In this document: positions 46,816 through 59,000 of the stretch, piece by piece
How positions within the stretch are numbered: the first letter of the stretch is position 1
Layout of the letters: every line of letters begins with the position of its first letter
Assembly: GCA_002269645.1 (NCBI GenBank)
Contig: NIVC01003500.1
Span: 30,703-94,702, forward strand
Direction: 5' to 3'
Length of the DNA stretch: 64,000 bases
Source: Macrostomum lignano
Taxonomy: Eukaryota
Notes under the pieces: generated by a model
What the model was told of the DNA's origin: nothing
Database searches by the model: none
What the model saw: only the letters and a program-made list of their open reading frames with translations
Translations under genes and position numbers: made by a program

Positions 46816-48116
46816 TTAACTAATAGTCTGTTAGTTAAATGGCTTTGCTTTGGTTTGCTAAGCTTTGCTAGGGGGTTAAAATCCCAGCAAACAAAATAGC
46901 AAAAAATCTTGCCAAATCACAGATCGGCACCCAAGATTATTCCTAGCCTTCCTTGGGAACTTGATTGGCCTCACCAGGTTTATTTCATCTCAATCTGCAG
47001 TTCACTCAGGTGTGGGGACAATTTAAACCTGGAACCCATGGCAGGCCTGAAGACCCTAACCAGGTAGGCCAAAGCTTTTATCCTCACCTGACACCATTGA
47101 GTGATACAGCATTTGATGCCACTGTACAGGCTGGGATAGATATTTATACACTCAAATTTTGGCTGTGCCTACTATGGAAACTTCATTTTTGTAATAGTAG
47201 TATGCGACAGGTTTGTCAATTATTTTTTTAAATTAGGTAAAATTAGTTATAGGACTATAAATGAATTAGCTAGTAGGATTGACTTAGACTCAAGCCTAAA
47301 CCTCTCTCTGGAGAGAGACCTCCAACTTTTTATCCATTACCAGGTAACTCTAATGAGAATTTTGTATAAATTATTGTATTTATTTGTTTTTTAGATTTGT
47401 AGCTTTTTAATTATTCCACTATTTGCTATATTGCTCCAATTTGTTTAACACTTTTTAATGGTTTGTACTTCTACTTCTACACCCATATATTTGTTTAAAT
47501 TTGTTTTACTTTTAGTCTTCAATTAATTTATTTTAGTTTTAAATCCTTTTTAAGCTATCCCAATATTATTTGTTTTATGTATATTTTCCATATTTGTTTT
47601 ACTTTATTCTTTGCTCTTCTTGCTAATTGGACTAAATAATCATCAAATATTTGACTTAAAAAATAATAAGTTGCACAAGAGCCCTTCCAAGGGCTGAAGT
47701 ATCAGCATTTTCTAGGGTGTAGAAAAGAAAGAATGAATCAGGGAAATTCTCAATAAAAGTTTTAGTCTTGAAACTTGCCAAGCTAGTCTAAAAAAAATTA
47801 ATCTTTGCCTCGTTTGATAAGGGAGACACAAAAGCATATAGAAGAAAAGTGTAAAAGGTAAGATTGGGGATAATGTATAAAGAATATATATAAATTTGTT
47901 AAATGTAGTCAATGCAATAACAGTGCAATAAAAGGTAGTCAATGCCTAATTGTAGTTGGTATGTACCAACTAATGGCTAAATATTGTAAACCTATTGCAT
48001 GCTTAAATAACCTTTTTGTTTTTTACATCTTTAGAGCAAATATAAATATTTGGTTTCCTATTTTATTCTTTATAATTATCTAAATAAATAAAATAAAGGA
48101 TAAAGGATAAAAGATT

Positions 48117-49070
48117 TGTGCAGGGCGATCTATAATTTTACGAGTAATAATGTTTTCAAACTTGTGCCTAAACGCTAAGTAAATAATTTGTTATACTGTA
48201 CCATTTTCTCATAATATTTTACAAATATAATTTTTGTTTTAATCTACGAGTAAAATTAGTATAAAATAGAAGCATTTTCGGCGGAGGAAGAACCAACCTC
48301 GCGCATCGCGGTTCCATAATACAAGTTAATAGCAGTTCCGAGAAAATAAGAATTGAAGAAGTGTTTTCGGTATTCATTCCTTTAAGAAGTAAGAGTGAAG
48401 TAGAGGGAGGTGTGTACCGTATATACTACTAAGAAGGAAAGTGTTGAGTAGTGATAAGTTGCGAAGTAGATCTGCAGTAAGACGTGTAAGAATAACGGAG
48501 GCTGTGACCCTCTGATCTCGGTAACGCCCAAGGACTTGCAAAGTACATGAAATACATATACCAGTAAGCCAAAATACCGCTCAGGCCATTATTAAGTAGA
48601 ACGCTACCAGAATAATAGAACGCTACCAGAATAATCAGAAGTGTAAAATCTTTCAGGGCTAACAGTTTTTCTAAGAATAATACTCAGACTAAATACTCAG
48701 ACTAAATACTCAGACTAAGTACTCAGACCTATTCTAAGAAACATTTCTCGGATTATTCTAAGATTGATAAACTCATAATTTATTAATAGGATAATCCTGG
48801 TGGCAGCTACCAACCTAAGAAGAACACTTAAGAGAATAGTAAATTAGCCCTGTGATAGCTTTTGGTAACAGTGTGAAATTATTATTAAGAAGAAATAATC
48901 ACCCCTGGTACAACTTGGTGGCATAATGGTGGAATTCTTATAGAGAGCCAGAAGGCCTGTAACAACTTAGTGTCTCAGCGGTGGGATTCTCAGTGTATAG
49001 GAATCACCACTGTAACAACTTTGGTACCAGCAGTGGGATAACTAAAGAGGGAAGCAAACGCCCTGTAGCA
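48117..49070 (+). mobile_element. Possible LTR-like segment ending in a ~53-bp periodic array of LTR-end/PBS-like motifs
   Basis: Starts TGTGCAGGGCG (48117), with imperfect inverted partner CGCCCTGTAGCA (49059-49070). Repeated CCCTGT(A/G)ACA-AC-T-TGG motifs, with TGG at 48798, 48863, 48916, 48968 (TAG) and 49022. No gag/pol seen downstream. Confidence 0.35.
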
Positions 49071-52054
49071 GATTAAAAAAAATCAGGAATCTGATGGCAG
49101 CAACTTACCAAACTCAAACTAGTAAAATCTATGTAAAATAACTTACTAAACTAGTAGCCTGAAACTACAAGGACACCTTTTTATTAATTCTGAAAGGAAT
49201 ATTATCATATTATTGTGGCAGTCGAGTGCCACTGATGAAAATTTAATGAAACCATTACGCTAAGTTGCATGCGCAAGAAACATTAATTTTGACTTTTCGT
49301 ATCCATCCAGTGAATTTTGGCGTATCATTTTCTGTCAAGTGGCCATCCAGCCACTGTTTTTAGTTTTCCACTTGTTGCTAAAACGCGCTCCCTTGCGATG
49401 GATTTTTGTTAAAGTTTTCTTCTTTTTCTTTAGTGGCAAGCCGTCCACCCAAAGTTTCCATGCATTGAAACTTTGCTCCATCGGCCTGTCCAGTTTATTT
49501 TCCAAACGATGTGCATGTAATTCGCTCTTTATTTATAATCTGCGCACGATGAGTTGTTTTCTAACTCTTTTGGCCTCCCCCCCTGTTTCCTTGATCTACC
49601 TTTTGGTTCACTAAGTTTAATTTTTGTTATTTTCTAAGTTTATTTAGCACACCGGCGCCCGTGAACATCTCCGTCGTCTGAAATATTAACGTTACTAAAC
49701 ATAAGCCTGCATTATTATTAATAAACCAAGCCTATAAACCTTTGTCCCAAATCATATTTAATCTGTTGACATAAGCCATAGCATTTATTGAGTCATTTGC
49801 CCATGGGGCATAAAATAACCAAGTTCTCATCTCAAAGAAAGCTCTGAGACTTTTCCGTTCCGTAATATGTAAATTACGGTGGTGGCAGCAACTACCCTAC
49901 TGAAAGTAACCAGTTCAACACATTGGCACATTAATTTACGGAGCCAGAAATCTCTGGTGTTTCATCACTTTGAACGACCCGAGCCGCTAAACGACCGCTC
50001 TGCTACGATTACGACTACCCTCCCCCCGGACTTGAGAACCTGGCAGTTGGAGAAAAGGAGAAGAAATTCCGTTGTGATTCATCTGCGCGATTTTCCGGTT
50101 TTATTTGTGCAAACGCAATGCCACCGGTTTCAAAGAATTTCAGCCGACCTTCAACCCAAGAGTTTAAATCCTCTCCACCCTTACCTCATTATTTTACTAG
50201 ATAATTTATAGTACTAAAAATATTAAAAGGAGGCCAAACCATTAATTGGTATAAAGGCATCAATTCCTGCCTAGAGTTTATTTTATTCAACAAAAAGCAA
50301 CTTGGTCTGCTGCATAAATTAAAAAAGATGATCAACAAATCAGCAGAGTAACAAGACAAGGATTATAGATGCCATTTGAACAAGTGCCATTTGATAAAGA
50401 AATCTAGATTTATAGAACATTATAAACTTTGTAGAACATACTAATGAGCTCAGATTTGAGGGCTTTAAGAGTCTGATTGAAAAAAGCAAGAGATTTAGGC
50501 CTAGGCCTACTTTAGTTTCTTGCAGCCAAAGAAATTCAAAGTTCTAGGCCTACTACCAAGATCCCAAAAGACATCCCAAAGGAATTTATAAAATGTAGGA
50601 AACACTTAATATCAAATATCAATATTGGAAGTTGAAGATAAAGATAAATAACTAAAACCATACTTTTCTCTCTTGAAAGAATTGATTATTGTTTGTCTAT
50701 ACTATGACATTCTAGTGACTAATGTTTTAAACTGCTTAAAAAACTGGCAAAAAATAAGCTTTAAAGAATCAAAGAAGTATATCATAAAAGTTAAAGAGGA
50801 AATATTTTCTTTATATGTTTCAAGTAGCTAGATAGCAAAATCTACCAAACTAGGACTAGTTTATCTAATAAAGCTAAAGAAAAAAATGTTCTGAACCAAC
50901 TTCAGAAAGTTTTATAGGCCTAACCATTTAAGGTTGCTTGGTGGCAGAAAATTTGCCAATTCAACTGCTAAGCTATCATTATATAGTCTTTAGATAAAAT
51001 TGTCAGTTCTTGGAGTTTCTTAATCATAAAAATAATTAGAATCTAGAGAAAAGAATTAATCTTTGATAACCATCTTTTAAATTGACAAGTCCAATTCCTA
51101 CTTTGACAGCACAAAGTTGTATATAGTTGACCATAAAAATAACCATTTTGACATTTATATTATATGGTCATAGTAACCATGTTTATAACAATACTAACTC
51201 ACTCAGTTAGGCCCTAGTAACTGCATAAAATTAGGCTTATATTATAAAGTATGAATATTTTATTTACAGATTATTTTAATTTCCAGCAGTTATAAAAGCC
51301 AAGGTCTAGCTAGTTCTAGGTTATGAATATAATATAGACCTACCTTTACCTAGCCTAGTACTAGTAGGCCTTTGTGTATATCAAGAGTGCAAAAAAGATA
51401 TATAAATTTGATTTTATTTTAGTTAGTCATTGCATCTTTTCAAAGTAAATAAACAACTCACTGCCTACACGAATTTACATTATCTCAAACATCAAGTGGT
51501 TAGTTAGTTTGTTCTTTCATTTTTGTGTTACTATGCATGCACCCATTTCGCTTCGCTGAATAATCTCGCTTCTAAGAAAGCTGTGCGCCGAGAAAAGAAT
51601 TTGTTTTAAGGCTGTTGACCCCTTCTGCATGTTAACAAACTCCGAAAACATTATTCGTTTCTTCAAATTCTTTAATGCGCTAAAATTATAATAAGTCCAT
51701 AATATTTATACATTTGCCTATAATAATAGTTTACTATACTTCGAAACTTTAATTCGATTTGAGTTTTACTTGAAAGATGGCCGGATTGCAGATTCTATCT
51801 TATCTGAAGCTGAGCGGACTGGCCAGTCAGCCGGATTCAAATTTCAGGATCAGGATCGGATTTAAAACTTTCACTGGAGACTCTAAACTGTGTTCTATTG
51901 ATGCAAACCGGTCGTTCACCTTTATGGAACACTCCCTCATCAGCTGTTGATAGTGGGCAGCTTGTGGTGTAACCGATCAGGGGCCAAGTTCCCTCGAACT
52001 AAACAAGCGGGATCCGTGGTTTTCTATAGGTACACAACAAAGGCGTGGCTGCCA

Positions 52055-52375
52055 CCAGGCCCTCTGCGTAAACAGGCGGGACAGGGTGGGACAGGGGGGA
52101 CATGTCCCCCTCCCTGTAAAAGCTATGGGAACACATGTCAATGCTTTGTCCCCCCCACCCCAACTTCTGACCCGTTGTGGCAATCAATAATCTGTCTTCA
52201 GGGCGTAAAATATAGCGCCCTCGGCTCCAAAATGAGTACCTGCGGCGCCAAAATGGGCGCTTACAACACCGATTCTCAATATAATGGACATGTAGGAATT
52301 TAGTCATGTACATGTGTATGTTGAATTCTTGGCATTGTCCTCCCCCACCATAAAATCCCCTGAGTTAGCCCCTAG
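52055..52375 (+). mobile_element. MITE family copy 1 (hAT-like, related to 57041-57327)
   Basis: Shares GGACATGTCCCCC..TAAAAGCTATGGG..TTGTCCCCCC..GTTGTGG.AATCAATAAT..CTTCAGGGCGT.AAA..AAAATGAGT.CCTG.GGCGCCA..GATTCTCAA..ACATGTAGGAATTTAGTC..CACCATAAAATCC with the 57041 copy. Confidence 0.7.
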
Positions 52376-52799
52376 GTTTAACTCTCTGCCAAGTTTAAGT
52401 TTAGGGCAATATAATCTATCAAATAAAAAATTTCCTGCCACGAATACATGCGACAATTGGGAATTAAGCAATTTTAAGTCAAGTAGTTTTGTGTTCTGTA
52501 TGCAGAAATATGGGGATCCTTTTTATTATATCTTATTCTGTGGTGTACAAGATTGATGTTAAAGACTTCGTTTTATTTCTAACAAGCTTGCAGTTGAGTC
52601 CAGTGTACATGTACTTGTACTGTACATGTACTAAAGTACATAGTACAAAATTTGTAGGCTGTATTGTATTTTGAGCATGCTCATCGCTCGCAAAATTAGT
52701 AAAAAAAACATGCGACTGAGAAGACTGCACCGTTCCAGAAGTCTATAAAAGTGCAAAGAGCTACAATCTTTTTATTGGGCTGGGTTGCTACGGGGAGAT

Positions 52800-53850
52800 T
52801 AATACACTTTGGGGAGACTAATACACTTTGGGGAGACGAATACACTTTGGGGAGACAAATAAACTTTCGAGAGACTAATACACTTTAGGGAGACTAATAC
52901 ACTTTGGGGAGAATAATACACTTTGGGGAGACGAATACACTTTGGGGAGACAAATAAACTTTCGAGAGACTAATACACTTTAGGGAGACTAATACACTTT
53001 GGGGAGAATAATACACTTTCGAGAGACAAATATACTTGAGGGAGACTAATACACTTTAGGGAGACTAATACACTTTGGGGAGACTAATACACCTTGGGGA
53101 GACTAATACACTTTGGGGAGACTAATACACTTTCGAGAGACAAATACACTTTAGGGAGACTAATACACTTTGGGGAGACTAATACACCTTGGGGAGACTA
53201 ATACACTTTGGGGAGACTAATACACTTTGGGGAGACTAATACACTTTGGAAAGACTAATACACTTTGGGGAGAATAATACACTTTCGAGAGACAAATATA
53301 CTTGAGGGAGACTAATACACTTTAGGGAGACTAATACACTTTGGGGAGACTAATACACCTTGGGGAGACTAATACACTTTGGGGAGACTAATACACCTTG
53401 GGGAGACTAATACACTTTGGGGAGACTAATACACCTTGGGGAGACTAATACACTTTGGGGAGACTAATACACTTTGGGGAGACTAATACACTTTGGGGAG
53501 ACTAATACACCTTGGGGAGACTAATACACTTTGGGGAGACTAATACACTTTGGGGAGACTAATACACTTTGGGGAGACTAATACACTTTGGGGAGAATAA
53601 TACACTTTCGAGAGACAAATATACTTGAGGGAGACTAATACACTTTAGGGAGACTAATACACTTTGGGGAGACTAATACACCTTGGGGAGACTAATACAC
53701 TTTGGGGAGACTAATACACCTTGGGGAGACTAATACACTTTGGGGAGACTAATACACTTTCGAGAGACAAATACACTTTAGGGAGACTAATACACTTTGG
53801 GGAGACAAATACACTTTAGGGAGACTAATACACTTTGGGGAGACTAATAC
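52800..53850. repeat. 19-bp minisatellite with higher-order variants
   Basis: ACTAATACACTTTGGGGAG, about 55 copies. A variant block TTCGAGAGACAAATATACTTGAGGG recurs at ~53018, ~53286 and ~53606. Confidence 0.95.
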
Positions 53851-54994
53851 TACGTTAGCAGTAGCAGTACGTGCACATGTATGTATACCAAAATTTACTT
53901 TGCCGGTAAAAAAATATCTCCCTTTTTAGATTAACGGAGCATCAACTCGTGCATTCAGCAGTATTGTACCCATAAACCGTTTTTGAATATAGACACGAGC
54001 GTACATACATTCAGATAAACATGTATGCACATGTGACCCATATAAAGTAGCATTTTGATATTATCTATTCCAAGTACGGAGTTAATTATAAACGCTGATG
54101 AAGAGTCATTGATATTCTTAGTGCAAAGCTTCACCAAAGCATGTTTGTCATGACTACATGTAAGCTTATACATTGCATTACTGTATGCCCGTGGAACAAA
54201 ATGCAAACAGCCATTTAAAATGCGAAGCTTGTCAACCCGTTTATCTAATCGGAGTCGTTTAAAATTGCACTCTGATTCTCGAACGTTGCTGTGACGCACG
54301 AAATTATTTTTTTGATAGAGAATATACCTTTTCCACTCCAAGTCTGTCACAAGTAACTTCAAATCTGCCGTAGATAGCAGAAAGGCATACATTCAGCTCG
54401 CAAGCCGAGCGCCAACTTAATAGTCTATGGTTAGTCTATGGTTAAAGCTCAGATCAATTCTGTCAAAAGTAACTTCAAATCTGTCCACTGAACAGATAAC
54501 GAAACAAAGGTTTATTTTGAACAGTGCTCTCAAATTAAAGCAACAAATTCTGTAATTCACTATGCTAACATGTCTGCTACAGTCAATCAGTTGCATAGAT
54601 ATTTCAAACAAAAATATCGCGACGATCCAAGCAGGCCTGTCCGTAACTCAACGTGTGCAGGTGCCATCGTAGGCAGTGGTCATGTGTCAGATGAGGCATG
54701 CTGGCATGCAATTCGCGAATCAGAATGCTCAGTCTGAATGCTTTAGGATCAAGTTTGCGGTGGTCCTTTTGATTCCGAGGTCAATGGCCAGTCTCCTCCA
54801 GTCCCGTCCAGTGTTGTAGCTGTTAACCAGGCGCTGCCTGTCTATTAAGCATATTCTTGCATAGGGCATGGTGGGTAAGGCAAGAAAAAATTGTTGTGAA
54901 CTCGCGTTGCTGTCAACATATATATCTCTGACAGATTTGAACTTACTTGTGACAGAATTTATATATAAGATTGAACTTGAACTTAGCAGAGAGT

Positions 54995-55200
54995 TAAACC
55001 CACGGGGTACTCATTTTGGCGCCGGAGGCGCTATAGTTTGGCGCCTTGACATAGCGCGCCTGGAAGAAAAAATATTGATTACCACAACGAGTCATAAGGT
55101 GTGGTGGGGGACAAAGAATATGCATGTCCCCTCCCATAGCTTTTACTGGGTGGGACATGCCCTCCCCTTGTCCCCCCGGTGGCGACGCGCTCGAGGTTGG
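54995..55200 (-). mobile_element. MITE family copy 2 (partial, inverted)
   Basis: Reverse complement of the same family: GTACTCATTTTGGCGCC..ATTGATTACCACAACG..GGGGGACAAAG..CCCATAGCTTTTACTGGG.GGGACATG..CCCCGGTGGCGACGC. Confidence 0.7.
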
Positions 55201-56061
55201 TTTATAAAACAAAGTGGAGTTGCAGGTAGTGCGCATGTACATCCATTTCAACATAATGTACAAGTCATGAAAGTACAGAATGATGACAATGCCTGTTACA
55301 TGTTTTGTATTTGCTTTATGGTGTCAAAAGTTGCCATTGGAACTCGCAAATGAACTCATTAAAGTCAACTTTGCGACTGGAAATAAAAATCGTGGAACAC
55401 CGACCCTGTTGGTCCAACTGCACAAAGCCCGAGCTGCGACCTTTGCTGTAAGAACATTAGGCTTTGGCAAAAAGATATTTCATCAAAGGACGTTTCGATC
55501 GTGGAATATTTTTGCCCTTTTGACGACCCGCGTGTGCAGGAATCGCTTATCTGGCTGGCATGCAGCTTTCACATAGCTGCCTCAGGTGACTCACTTTCCC
55601 ATTGAATTCGAAAGCAAGTTAGAAAAATGTCTGTCCTTGGACCACGAGAGAAAGTTTTAAGCATAAAAAATCAAATCGAAAGCCGTAGCTTTTTGGCCTT
55701 TGTGGCTGCGAGTTTATTACTCGTAATTAACACCAAAGGAAACCCACATGCAGCAATCAAAAATAGAAAGCAATCGATTTGGCAGAAAAAATAACAAAGA
55801 CATCGAATGAAAAGAGTGAGCGAGAAGATTTCCATAAATTGTCTACAAATTTTACCTCTTTCAACTTGTGGAGCGGGAAAAACAGGATTGCAGGGAATCA
55901 ATCAATGCACATACAGCATCATGAATAGCTACATGTATTGTATATGAGCCGTGAAGATGCATGCATCGGTTGCTTGATCTGGATATTCGAGCCGAAGAAT
56001 TATCATCAGAAATGATTATTTCGAATTGTTAATCGTCACTGGAGAGGCCGATTGTTCTCCA

Positions 56062-59000
56062 TCATAGCCGGAAATTATCGCCGCAGATCTCGCGCACCGC
56101 GGCCACAATTCTGTCGGTTGGCACGCGGGACTCGCACAGGTTGACCACCTTGTAGACGTGGCGCAGCGCCTCCTCGGTCTGAAACAGAAGGGTTCATTCG
56201 GGTTTGGGCAGCTATTCGATCTAAGGGTTTTCAGGTGCTGTTGCATGCTCAGCGAGGATCGAAGCAGGTGGTACTCAGTACTCCAGGTTGCAAGCATCAG
56301 TACTCCAGGTTGCAAACCTCAGTACTCCAGGTTGCAAACCTCAGTACTCCTAATTACTCCAGGTTGCAAACCTCAGTACTCCAGGTTGCAAACCTCAGTA
56401 CTCCTAATTACTCCAGGTTGCAAGCCTCAGTACTCCAGGTTGCAAGCCTCATTACTCCAGGTTGCAAACCTCAGTACTCCAGGTTGCAAACACTCGTCTT
56501 TCGGGTGTTGTACCTACTCTGTGTCTTTGGGATCATTGGCCCTCATCGACTTAAAGGAATCAAAAGTCGAATCCAGAGCCATTAGATGTCCCTAACATGA
56601 AATACCGTTCTTACCTGTCCAAGATTGAAGCATCGTTCGTTAATCTCGTCAACCACGCTGTGGTGGCAGTCGAAGTTGTTCAGCCTGAAGCGGATCATCC
56701 TCAAATAGCGCGCCAGCCTGGGATCCGTCAGCGACTTTCTCACGATGTCATCGAACACTTGAGCGATCTTGGCGTTTTTCTGAATTGTTCGAATCAACGA
56801 AAGTCGCATTGACGCCTAAGGAAATTTGACGTTACAAAATTAGTATTTTTATACATTCTCCAAACTCACAGTCTCAAGCTCCCGAATGAGGAAGCTGAGG
56901 ATGACGCGATCCTGTTCGGTCTTGGCGCTGGCCAGCCGCTTCTGCAGCACCGTCAGCTTCACGTCTCGCTGAGATACGGCGTCGCTGTTCTGTCGGGGAG
57001 GAGATTTGCAGTGCGGCAGGTACTCAGACATGGACAAGAACAGGGCGTCGCCACCGGGGGGGGGGAGACGGAGGACATGCCCCCCCGCCCCAGTAAAAGC
57101 TATGGGGGCCAAGACACGCCAATCATTTGTCCCCCCACCCGACCTTGTGAGCCGTTGTGGAAATCAATAATTTTGCTTCAGGGCGTCAAAATGAGTGCCT
57201 GTGGCGCCATAATGAGTGCTTAACAACGCCGATTCTCAAAATAATTTACATGTAGGAATTTAGTCCTGTGCATCTAGAACTCTTGGTTTTGTCCCCCCGC
57301 ACCATAAAATCCATGGCGATGCCCCTGGACAAAAGAAATTTTTACGCTCGTATTCTGCAAATGGAACCGTCACAATTAAATTTAAAAGCAGGTTCGACCG
57401 GCCAGTGCGCTCACCGGTGAAGTCTCAGATTGGACAGCCCGGACGCCAGCCAGGCTGCCCTGGAATTCTCCGACCTTATCGCTGCCGAGGGACTAGAATC
57501 GGAAAAGTGTGATGAGAATGGCTCGGAGTTAGTATAGCTGGATCAAGCTTCGAACTCTTCGAAAACCTCAGATTTGGTTGCTCACCGTGTCCCCGTACTT
57601 CATCACGTGACTAGTGTTGGTCTTCGATTTCACCACGGCAAACTGCAGATCCAGCGACTCCTGATTGATGTCGTTGGCGTCGGTGTCCTCCATCCAGTTG
57701 ACGCTGTAGACGTCGCCCAGGTAAGTTTCTCGTTTCTTGTCATAGTAGCAGGCGTAGCTGGATTCGTCCGGGTTGGCTGCTGTGGTGGCGTAGACTGCGG
57801 TGGGATGATGGGAGAGATGGTTTGGCGGAGTAGAAACTCCTGGATCAATGCTAAGCGAGATTTTTAAGGGATCCATTGCTGAGCATGTTAAGAAGCTACA
57901 CATTCCTGGATCAATGTTAAGCGAGCTTGTTAAGAAGCTACGCACTCCTGGATCAATGTTAAGCGAGCTTGTTAAGAAGCTACGCACTCCTGGATCAATG
58001 TTAAGCGAGCTTGTTAAGAAGCTACGCACTCCTGGATCAATGTTAAGCGAGCTTGTTAAGAAGCTACGCACTCCTGGATCAATGTTAAGCGAGCTTGTTA
58101 AGAAGCTACGCACTCCTGGATCAATGTTAAGCGAGCTTGTTAAGAAGCTACGCACTCCTGGATCAATGTTAAGCGAGCTTGTTAAGAAGCTACGCACTCC
58201 TGGATCAATGTTAAGCGAGCTTGTTAAGAAGCTACGCACTCCTGGATCAATGTTAAGCGAGCTTGTAAAGAAGCTACGCACTCCTGGATCAATGTTAAGC
58301 GAGCTTGTTAAGAAGCTACACACTCCTGGCTCAAAAACTGAGCATGTTAAAGCGTGTGGTGCAATAGTGACTTAGCGACTGTTTCAGTATTGGCGGCTGC
58401 AGGCCTTAATAAAGGTTGGTTTTTTTCATTTGTGACGTATTCACGGGATTCCATAGTCGCGTCATGGTCCGTCCAAGCTACCTTCTTCCGTGGTATTTCG
58501 GTCATTCGGTCATTCATTCATTCGCAGCATATAGTCATGCAGCCTCATGGGCTGGCCTCTAGATGGTACGCACCAATTTAAGCGACAAGAGATTTCCTAC
58601 ACACGTAACTCCTTTAGACTCATGGACATTCCTTGTCAACCCAATCTTTAAAAAACAAAGCACACGCATGCACGTACTACTGATGCCTGGCGGCAGTAGT
58701 TTTTCAAACATGGAGCCGGACTCGCAGGCCTCAAGGTAGAAGACGAGCTTCCTGTACATCTTGTTCTGGTGCATGTACTGCAGAGCGTCGATCAGCGGCT
58801 TCGCTTTCAGCTGAAAAAGTTGTGGGATCGTGAGACAAGATGCAACAGCGACAAAAACAAGTAAAGCATCGATTCTCTGATCTGTTACGAACCACGCCGT
58901 GCGGGAAGGCGATGAGACCAGGAGCCCCGTGATCAACAAAGTTGATGAACACGATGTCGTCCGGTCCGCTCTTCAGCACCTTGCCGCTGCCTTTGCCCTG

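Noticed and set aside
53955-54392. 145-aa minus ORF with RLDKRVDKL, vaguely like a Mutator-type transposase
   Set aside because: Too short and too weak a resemblance to call without an HMM search.
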